In this document: one piece after another, positions 56,631 through 64,000 of the stretch
Layout of the letters: each line of letters starts with the position of its first letter
Numbering within the stretch: position 1 is the stretch's first letter
Notes under the pieces: generated by a model
Seen by the model: the letters and a program-made list of their open reading frames with translations, nothing else
What the model was told of the DNA's origin: nothing
Databases searched by the model: none
Assembly: GCA_019057815.1 (NCBI GenBank)
Contig: JAHLWR010000017.1
Location: 1-64,000 of the forward strand
Length of the DNA: 64,000 bases
Source of the DNA: Candidatus Heimdallarchaeota archaeon
GTDB lineage: Archaea; Asgardarchaeota; Heimdallarchaeia; Heimdallarchaeales; Heimdallarchaeaceae
Direction of reading: 5' to 3'
Program-made: the position numbers and the translations under genes

Positions 56631-56739
56631 TTATAAATGGAAAATACTCCGACAAAAAGCAGTAAAATATATAAGTGTATATGATTTCTCTTTAAATGTA
56701 TATGTGAAATAATTTAGTAAACTAATAGGTGAACTTAGT

Positions 56740-57303
56740 TTGGGAACTCGAATTTTCGACATGGACGAGTTAGAAGTAAGGGCTCAAATTGACAAAGTTA
56801 TGAGAGCCACTGATAAGTTCTTTTTAATGGAAGATGGTAAGAGAGTTCGCCTAAATGAAGTTATAAGAGTTAAAGAGTTCACTGCTATGCTTGGTCTAAT
56901 TATTGCTTATAGTGCTGGAAGTTTTATGACAATTGATCGTTTAGATCTTGAAGGAATGTACCCTGTAAGACAAAAAAGAATTATCAATAGGCTTGATTGT
57001 TACAGTGGTCAAGTGAGCAGCTCTTTAATGCTTGAATTACTTCAGCTGAGAGATAAAACGAAGCTTAGTAAGTATGATTTGATTTCACATATACAAAATA
57101 AGTATTTCAAAAACAAACCTGTAGGTACCAGAGATATAACAGAATCTTTGAATCGTATGTTAAGAAAAACAATGAATGAATATTTCTTTTTTGAAAATAA
57201 GTATTTTAGAAGAGCACCATTTGAACTTAGAATGATTGAAGTTCCCGCAAGAATACCTTATGAAGTGGTAAAAATAAGCGTTGATAACGTTATTCAAATA
57301 TGA
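56740..57303 (+). CDS. Hypothetical basic protein
   Basis: 187-aa ORF with aggtga SD. Confidence 0.65.
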   Translation: MGTRIFDMDELEVRAQIDKVMRATDKFFLMEDGKRVRLNEVIRVKEFTAMLGLIIAYSAGSFMTIDRLDLEGMYPVRQKRIINRLDCYSGQVSSSLMLELLQLRDKTKLSKYDLISHIQNKYFKNKPVGTRDITESLNRMLRKTMNEYFFFENKYFRRAPFELRMIEVPARIPYEVVKISVDNVIQI

Positions 57304-57432
57304 AATGAGTTTGTTATTTAATCATTTTATTTTCATGTAAAATCTTTAAAATAAAGGAAAAATATCTAAGTTTATAATTTTTCAATATTTTCAAGCAAAA
57401 TGTTATTATTGTTATTGTTTAGCATGTTATCA

Positions 57433-57891
57433 ATGTCAGAGGATACTTGGAAATGCACTATTGAAGTCATCTCTTCAGAAACAGAAGTAAAACAAGTAGA
57501 GTTTGAATTTATTGATTATGATGCCATTGTGAAAAAATCTTTACTTCTCAAACCTAATTATTTTAATGAGCTTGTTCAAAAAGCTAACACCTATGAGAAT
57601 TATCACCTTTCAGGTGGACTAGTTAAAATAATTACTCCTGACGGAGAGGACTTTTCTACTCGCAATTTTTATGCTATTCTAGGCGCAGAAAAAAACAACC
57701 TGTTGTTTGGAATACTCATTGGAGAAGTTGATGAGAATCATTACAAAATGGTTGGCTTTCATCCTAAAGAATTACTATTGCAATTTAAAAACGATTCTAA
57801 AATTCTGAAATCTCTCCCCGTACTCTTACTCGAAAATGTAGATATGTGGCAACATGTTAGCATTATAGGACCTTCTGTCAAGCAGAACTAA
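57433..57891 (+). CDS. Hypothetical protein
   Basis: ORF 57400-57891; MSEDTW start chosen over the Leu-rich upstream extension. Confidence 0.55.
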   Translation: MSEDTWKCTIEVISSETEVKQVEFEFIDYDAIVKKSLLLKPNYFNELVQKANTYENYHLSGGLVKIITPDGEDFSTRNFYAILGAEKNNLLFGILIGEVDENHYKMVGFHPKELLLQFKNDSKILKSLPVLLLENVDMWQHVSIIGPSVKQN

Positions 57892-57912
57892 TTAATGAAG
57901 TAGATTTTCGAC

Positions 57913-58671
57913 TTACTTTATTTTTTGAACTAAATCGAGTCGCTGTTGAACTACTAATTGTGTCAATTTTTGGATTGGTCTAACAATTAACCATACTGAT
58001 TCTGGGCGGCTCTCTATTTTCAATCTCTCTTCTTCTAAGTGATTTTCTATCTTTGGGGAGTTTAAAAGTGAAAGAAGATCGTTACGAGCATTCAAACAGC
58101 TTCCTGTCATGACATGATCTGCACTCTTCTTTGAGTTAATTGCTCCTGCATCAATCATCAATTTTATTATATCTCTTTTATCACAACGCTCTTCGGAAAT
58201 TAAATCTGATTTATTAATGAATGCTATTACAGGAATTTTTTGACCGAATTTATCACCAATTTTCTCCTTTGCATCCTTTATTATTCTCTCATTAGCTTTA
58301 AAAGATGTTTTTTCATAACTCAGAAATAATAAGATAGCATCTGCACCTTTCATAACTATATCACTTTGAACTTTATGACGTTCTTCTCCCGGTGTTGTCC
58401 ATAATTGATAACGTAATCTGTCAAATCTTCTTCCCTTAAAAGAAGGCGTTTGGAAAACACCTTGATCAAAAAAGATTGTTCGACCAGATACATCTTGAAT
58501 TTTTGTTAAAGAAGAAACAATTGTTTCAGGATTTTCCATTCTTCTAAGTGCGTTAAACACAGTTAACATACTTGTTTTTCCAGCCATAGACGGTCCAAAA
58601 AGCACTATTTTGAAGGTTGGTTTTCCTTCGCGGTCTACTGTAAATATGTCAGAGAGTTCTAATTGGCTCAT
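57913..58671 (-). CDS. MglA-like small GTPase
   Basis: KIVLFGPSMAGKT (G1), RTIFFD (G2), WTTPGE (G3 variant), NKSD (G4). Confidence 0.88.
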   Translation of the reverse strand: MSQLELSDIFTVDREGKPTFKIVLFGPSMAGKTSMLTVFNALRRMENPETIVSSLTKIQDVSGRTIFFDQGVFQTPSFKGRRFDRLRYQLWTTPGEERHKVQSDIVMKGADAILLFLSYEKTSFKANERIIKDAKEKIGDKFGQKIPVIAFINKSDLISEERCDKRDIIKLMIDAGAINSKKSADHVMTGSCLNARNDLLSLLNSPKIENHLEEERLKIESRPESVWLIVRPIQKLTQLVVQQRLDLVQKIK

Positions 58672-58711
58672 ATATAAGATTAATCTGTTTTTAATATTAA
58701 AGTATTCCCAA

Positions 58712-60045
58712 GTGAACTACTCCTACCTTAAGGAAGGAGTTGCTTGATTCATAGAAAAGACTTGACCACTAACAATAGCAGAAGCGGTGATAGTGACCAG
58801 AGGTCTGTTCTCCACAAGTATAGAGGCACATCCCGTACCCCTCTTCAAAATATTTATCGAAGCGTTATAATCGCGGTCTAACTCTAAGTCACAATGAGGA
58901 CAGAAGTGTATTCTGGTTAAAAGGTTTTTCTTAACTATTCGCCCACATCTAGAACATTCTTGGGTAGTACCTTTGGGATGGACTTTAACTACTTCTTTAT
59001 CAGCATTGACAGCTTTATAAGATAAATAGTTGAAGAACTGTCCCCACGAGGCGTCTAAAATGTGACGATGGAGAGTGCGCGACCGCTTGTTCTTTTTATT
59101 ACCTTTCTGTGATAGTTCTTTAATATCCAAGTCTTCTACACAGATAAGGTCATAATTATCAACATAAAATCTGGAGACTTTATGCAAAAAATCTTTACGT
59201 TGATTAGTAATTTCCTCTAGAAGTTTAGCTAATTGTAACTTGGCTTTTAACCAGTTCTTTGAACCCTTCTTTTTACGAGAAAGGGTTCTATGAGTGACTT
59301 TGATTTTCTTTATTTGTTTGTCTATATTCTTAGGGTTCTCTACTCTTATCCCATCAGAGTCGACGATAAACGAAGAAATCCCTACATCTATTCCTACACT
59401 TTTATTGGTTTTAGGAAGAACTAGTGGAACGTTTTCTACTTGTATATTAGCAAACCATCTACCCGTTTGAGTGTGTTTGAGGATTATCCCTTTAATTTTG
59501 TTTTTCCTTACTCTATTATTTAGCCCTCTACAATTGATAGTTCCTATTTTAGAGAAAGTTATCTTGTTTTTATATTCGTCTATCTTGAACCCGCTCTGGT
59601 TATAATTGATAGTTTTGTACCATCCCTTTCCTTTGAACCTCAAGTGACCTATTTTACGTCCATTCTTTTTTAACTTTGATAGACTCTTGATATTTGTCCA
59701 TAGAGTGTGGTTGACCATCTGTAAAACTTTGGAATGTACTCCTTTCAATTCTGGCATAGAGTTGTTTTTTAACCCCACAATAAAAGATTGAGTTCTGTTT
59801 TGTGTGAGTTTTTCTCCCTTCTCTCGCGCTTTCTTACACTCTTCTAGTAGCTTATTATAGAGTTTTCTACAAATGTCCAACTGTTCAATGAGTGTTGCTT
59901 GTTGCTGTTTATTAGGGTACAGTTGCACTTTGTATGTTAACATTAGTTCACCCTCTTAGTTCTTTTTTTAGTATAAAAAGCTGAGTCTATACTGAAGTAA
60001 ACCATCTAGCATTCATCCCCTCCCTAAAGTAAGAGGACTTCCGCT
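58712..60045 (-). mobile_element. Non-autonomous IS200/IS605 (IS1341-like) element, tnpB only
   Basis: Left-end hairpin ~60016-60038 preceded by TTGAT (minus strand); right-end hairpin ACTCCTTCCTTAAGGTAGGAGT followed by AGTTCAC. Confidence 0.85.
58723..59943 (-). CDS. tnpB: TnpB RNA-guided endonuclease
   Basis: HTH N-terminus, GIDVG, VEDL, CxxC..CxxC, DRDYNA; RuvC D-E-D intact. Confidence 0.95.
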   Translation of the reverse strand: MLTYKVQLYPNKQQQATLIEQLDICRKLYNKLLEECKKAREKGEKLTQNRTQSFIVGLKNNSMPELKGVHSKVLQMVNHTLWTNIKSLSKLKKNGRKIGHLRFKGKGWYKTINYNQSGFKIDEYKNKITFSKIGTINCRGLNNRVRKNKIKGIILKHTQTGRWFANIQVENVPLVLPKTNKSVGIDVGISSFIVDSDGIRVENPKNIDKQIKKIKVTHRTLSRKKKGSKNWLKAKLQLAKLLEEITNQRKDFLHKVSRFYVDNYDLICVEDLDIKELSQKGNKKNKRSRTLHRHILDASWGQFFNYLSYKAVNADKEVVKVHPKGTTQECSRCGRIVKKNLLTRIHFCPHCDLELDRDYNASINILKRGTGCASILVENRPLVTITASAIVSGQVFSMNQATPSLR

Positions 60046-60091
60046 ATCAACAATTAAAGAAAAACGGAAAAATTAAAGAAAAAATCTAGAA

Positions 60092-62320
60092 CTATTTTTT
60101 GAGTTTTTGTCGGGTTAGTACAACTGATACTAATGCAATAATCGACAGGCTACCCAATAAATAATAACTAGAAACACGACTAGTCTCCGTAGTATAACCT
60201 TCTATAGTGAAATTGTCCGAATTAGGAGATCTAACTGTTCTTCCTGCATATTTGAAACTAATTGTTACATAATATTCACCAGTTAAGTAACCAGATAAAT
60301 CAGTTGTATTACTTTCCCAGAGATCCTCTGAAGATTTGTAAAATATGTCAAAGGTACCTTCAACACTATCCGTCATGGCATTAAACAGTATAAGCATTAC
60401 TTCTGCATTTTGAGTAAACGTGTCCCAACCATAAAGTTGACTGTAGGTTGCTGATACTTTTACTTGAATACTGGAAACTGAAATCATTGTTACTATCGGC
60501 TTAAAGACTTCAAGAGTATGTTGAATCGTTATAATACCTAGACTTTGAATCCCATACTGATAATCACCTGAAACAATTATTTTTACTATGAAATCTCCTT
60601 CAGGCAATTCTTGTAGGACTAAAAATCCATACCAATGATCTATTGAAGAGTAGTTTAGTGCATATCGTATATACTCTTCTTCAGTATCTGAAACTATCAG
60701 TACAACATAAACGTCTATATCACTTAAATCCGAAATTTCCGTACCATTCTCGTCTACAATGTATATACTTCCACATGTATAGGACCAGTTGCTAGTGATG
60801 TAATTGGAATCGAAATCAAGAATAAATAGTGGATGTCCAATATCTACAGAATAATCTAAATCTTCGGTATAACCCACTCCCCATTGGTCATTAAAAGCGA
60901 TGTTTGGTGTAGTTGTGCTTACAATGCTTGTTATTATATATGCTTCATCAATGGACGTTCCATTAACCATAATATCTATTATACCATCTTGAACTTCTTG
61001 TTTAACATGCCATCCATTAATGTCATGTACAGCTACAGAAATACCTATGGAGTGAATAATGGTTTCATTTAATTTAAACATAAGGTAGTTTGGAGGGGAA
61101 TTGAGTTTTAAAATATGGAATCCATAGAATCTATGCATAACACCTGTTGAATCATATGGGTACAAGGATGTTTCATCAAAAACAGCTATAGAAATATCTA
61201 GATTGATAAAACCATACAAACCATCATTAAAAGAGGGATCATCTATTGTTAATGCTACAACCCAATTCAGATAAATAGTGTTAAAATCTACCAAATGACC
61301 TGCTTGTTCTAGAGCATCTTCAACACCTAGTGCACTATCATCTGCTTCATCTACTAAATAATTGATAGTTTCATAACCATATTTTTCTGCTATATAAAAT
61401 ATGAACAGGTAAGCAGCACCGTAATCAATTCTAACATCTTTTCCACCATCACTTTCATAATTCCAATTTAAAAGGGCATTCTCTGGATTGTAAACAAAGT
61501 AATCTTCAACAAAATATGTTAAATTAGAAGCTGCTAAATGTCCTGTTATATAAGCTGCGAATTCTGCACAGCCTTCATCTATCCACCAATGCTCATCCTG
61601 ATCGTGATTATAATGTATTAGATGTTGGAATTCATGTGCTAGCACTCGCCAACCTTGTGTATATTCTACGTAAATCATCTCTCTTCTATTAGATTCTACT
61701 CCATTATGTTCATTAATCACATCAAAATATCCTGCAACATATCCTCCTAAAGAAGTTAGAAAAATAGTGATATGAGGGTCACCATCAATGTCTCCCAAAG
61801 AACCATCAACATCACCGAAGAAGAGAACTTCATTAGGATAAATGTTAATTTCGAATTCATCTCTCCAATCTTCAGCAAGGTCTTCAGTGATAGCTAATCC
61901 CTTTTCAGCTATTTTTGCATTAGAAACATAAACATATGAATTATTACCTATTGCTAAGAGTGTGGCTCTTACCTGAATTTTTTCATAAGGTAAAACAGTA
62001 AAGTCATCTATGATCCAGAAATCTACTTCTTCATATTTCTCAGAATCTAATTTTATTTCATCAATACTTAAATCAGAAATTGAAATTTCATCTTTTTGGT
62101 TCTCTTTTTGTTCATTGAATTGAGATTTCAGAATTTGAGTTGGATTGGTAGGATCTAGTTCAAATAACTTCTCAGAAGATAAACTTGGAGGGTTAAATTT
62201 TTGAGCAGATTCACTCATAGAGTTTATATCATCTGTGATTATGCTACCCCTTATTGCAAGGATTGGAATAAAACCAATTATCATTAGTGTGACTAATACT
62301 ATTCGAGTTTGGTATTTCAT
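60092..62320 (-). CDS. Surface zinc metalloprotease (M30/M6-like) with C-terminal anchor
   Basis: Signal peptide; DIDGDP, AGYF, LAHEFQHLIH, W.DEG.AE; TM + RQKLKK. Confidence 0.88.
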   Translation of the reverse strand: MKYQTRIVLVTLMIIGFIPILAIRGSIITDDINSMSESAQKFNPPSLSSEKLFELDPTNPTQILKSQFNEQKENQKDEISISDLSIDEIKLDSEKYEEVDFWIIDDFTVLPYEKIQVRATLLAIGNNSYVYVSNAKIAEKGLAITEDLAEDWRDEFEINIYPNEVLFFGDVDGSLGDIDGDPHITIFLTSLGGYVAGYFDVINEHNGVESNRREMIYVEYTQGWRVLAHEFQHLIHYNHDQDEHWWIDEGCAEFAAYITGHLAASNLTYFVEDYFVYNPENALLNWNYESDGGKDVRIDYGAAYLFIFYIAEKYGYETINYLVDEADDSALGVEDALEQAGHLVDFNTIYLNWVVALTIDDPSFNDGLYGFINLDISIAVFDETSLYPYDSTGVMHRFYGFHILKLNSPPNYLMFKLNETIIHSIGISVAVHDINGWHVKQEVQDGIIDIMVNGTSIDEAYIITSIVSTTTPNIAFNDQWGVGYTEDLDYSVDIGHPLFILDFDSNYITSNWSYTCGSIYIVDENGTEISDLSDIDVYVVLIVSDTEEEYIRYALNYSSIDHWYGFLVLQELPEGDFIVKIIVSGDYQYGIQSLGIITIQHTLEVFKPIVTMISVSSIQVKVSATYSQLYGWDTFTQNAEVMLILFNAMTDSVEGTFDIFYKSSEDLWESNTTDLSGYLTGEYYVTISFKYAGRTVRSPNSDNFTIEGYTTETSRVSSYYLLGSLSIIALVSVVLTRQKLKK

Positions 62321-62378
62321 ATAATTCCCCTATAAATATTTTTGACTATATAGGATTTTAAATGTATTTGAACTACCA

Positions 62379-63644
62379 CTACCTAAAGGCGGTGGATTCT
62401 TGTTTCTTCGACGATTGCTTTCTTATAGAAAGTCTTACACCATCTCCACAAGCGTAACTTCCCGTCGTCCCAACGGTAGGGATGATAATGATATTATTAG
62501 TTTGAAGGATTTTGAGTCCTTCTTTTAGAAGGTTTTTTGAAGCATTAACATCTCTTTCATGAACTGTTGAGCATTTTGCACATATCCATTCGCGCTCTGA
62601 TAGTTGGAGTTCTAAATTCTTCCAACCACAGTGAGAACATAATTTACTGGAAGGGAAAAACCGCTCCACTAATACAAGATGTCGCCCGTTTCGTTCTATT
62701 TTATGTCGCAAAGTTGATACGAATTGTGCCCAAGAAAAGTCTAAAGTAACGGATTTACTGATTCCTTTATTGAATTGTTGCATCCCTTTAATGTTTAAAC
62801 GTTCTAAAATGATTGCATCATATTCTTGAGCAAAACAAGTAGTTAATTTATGCAACCAATCATTTTTTCGGTTCGTGATTGTGTCATATTTTCGGGCTAA
62901 TCGAAGTTGAGATTTCTTACGATTCGATGAACCCTTCTTTTTTCGGGAAAGCCTGCGATGTAAGCGTTTAAGGCGGTTTTCTTCGTTTCGATAAAAACGG
63001 GGGTTGTTCAACTTTATTCTTTCGGAAATCAAAAAATGGGGTGCAGACATATCGAAAGCTTCAATTTTTGATAGTTTAATAACCTTTTTCTGAGAAATAT
63101 TTATGTCACATTCTACAAGTAACGAGATAAAGTATTTACCGCTCTTGGTTTTCGAGACAGTGACTTGTTTGATAGGTTCGGTGAAGATTCGTTCATTTCG
63201 ATACTTGATCCATGTGTTTATTTTAGGTAATTTTATCCGTTTTGTTTCAAAATCAATTTTGATGTTGTTATTGATGTTATATGTGGTATAACTCTGTTTA
63301 TTTTTTTGGGATTTGAAATTTGGGTATCCTATCTTTCGCGTGTTTTTCAACCCATCAAAGAATTTTTGAAAAGCGGTGTTCAGATTTCGAGTCACAGATT
63401 GAAGAGCTTTGCTATCTACCTCTTTTAAGAAAGGAAACAACGCTTTGTATTCTTTTTCCGTTTTGTATTTGTGCGTGTATAGTTTTTCCTTATCGTGTTT
63501 GAGCTTTTGATACACTCCTTTTCGTTCATTAAGTATCTGATTCCATAGAAAACGACAGCAACCAAATGTTTTTGCTAATTGTGCTTGTTGTTCTTGGTTA
63601 GGATATATGCGGAACTTATAAGCGTAATTAATCCTCACGTTCAA
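62379..63644 (-). CDS. tnpB: TnpB RNA-guided endonuclease
   Basis: AYKFRIYPN..Q, AFDMS, ILERL, PSSKLCSHCG, CAKC, RDVNA. Confidence 0.95.
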   Translation of the reverse strand: MNVRINYAYKFRIYPNQEQQAQLAKTFGCCRFLWNQILNERKGVYQKLKHDKEKLYTHKYKTEKEYKALFPFLKEVDSKALQSVTRNLNTAFQKFFDGLKNTRKIGYPNFKSQKNKQSYTTYNINNNIKIDFETKRIKLPKINTWIKYRNERIFTEPIKQVTVSKTKSGKYFISLLVECDINISQKKVIKLSKIEAFDMSAPHFLISERIKLNNPRFYRNEENRLKRLHRRLSRKKKGSSNRKKSQLRLARKYDTITNRKNDWLHKLTTCFAQEYDAIILERLNIKGMQQFNKGISKSVTLDFSWAQFVSTLRHKIERNGRHLVLVERFFPSSKLCSHCGWKNLELQLSEREWICAKCSTVHERDVNASKNLLKEGLKILQTNNIIIIPTVGTTGSYACGDGVRLSIRKQSSKKQESTAFR

Positions 63645-64000
63645 GTTTCCCCCGTTGAGTTTCTATATATTGATTAAGTCTATCAATAGAAACATTTCCC
63701 GTAGTAGCAATAAAATAGTTAGGACTCCAGAAATGGTCTCCCCATAATTTATTGCTCAAAAATTTCGCATACTTTTTCCTCAAAAACCGAGAGGTATGCC
63801 CTTTAATGGAATTAATATATTTTGGTATATCTAGATTTGGCTTAGCTGAGATTAATAAACGAGCATGTTCAATTCCACATTCAATTGCCAATACCTCAAC
63901 ATCAAAAGTTTGACTTAATTCTTTCACTTTATCTTTGAAATCTCCAATAATTCCAATATCATCTAAGAAAACCTTTTGTCGATATTTTACAACGAATATC
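63628..64000 (-). CDS. tnpA: Y1 transposase TnpA (5' end beyond the window; HUH motif altered)
   Basis: Frame continues to the edge as IFVVKYRQKVF; EHARLL, KG.TSR, LWGDHFWS..YF, YIETQ. Confidence 0.9.
   Translation of the reverse strand, partial: IFVVKYRQKVFLDDIGIIGDFKDKVKELSQTFDVEVLAIECGIEHARLLISAKPNLDIPKYINSIKGHTSRFLRKKYAKFLSNKLWGDHFWSPNYFIATTGNVSIDRLNQYIETQRGKLERED

Larger units (their letters stand above)
62368..64000 (-). mobile_element. IS605-type element (tnpA + tnpB), left end outside the window
   Basis: Right-end hairpin CCACCGCCTTTAGGTAGTGG followed by TAGTTCAA; overlapping tnpA and tnpB. Confidence 0.9.

Overview
AT-rich archaeal chromosomal segment. Gene content and style suggest an Asgard archaeon, probably Heimdallarchaeia (inference from the archaeal information genes, an MglA-like GTPase, S1P-like subtilases and many C-terminally anchored surface proteins). 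It holds: an RNA-processing/translation cluster (eS30, Elp3, fibrillarin, Nop5, eS8, SRP19, Gar1, TFE-beta/C34-like, RlmE, Trm1, RNase HII); mevalonate and lipid genes (HMGCS, thiolase-like, DUF35, PSD, PSS); transporters; a 2199-aa membrane protein with 1122-bp tandem repeats; a ParM-like actin; and two IS200/IS605 TnpB elements. The most notable signal is an unannotated, apparently independently transcribed, ~340-nt structured RNA at ~31546-31885 (+). A canonical bulge-helix-bulge (BHB) motif brackets a 254-nt multi-hairpin core, predicting excision and circularisation by the tRNA splicing endonuclease and RtcB. I cannot match the core to tRNA, rRNA, SRP or RNase P RNA. Other oddities: a circularly permuted OppA-like protein, an ABC permease with an inserted LVIVD propeller, a thiolase lacking its catalytic Cys and His, and site-1-protease-like subtilases. 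All calls come from reading the sequence by eye; no searches or folding software were run.
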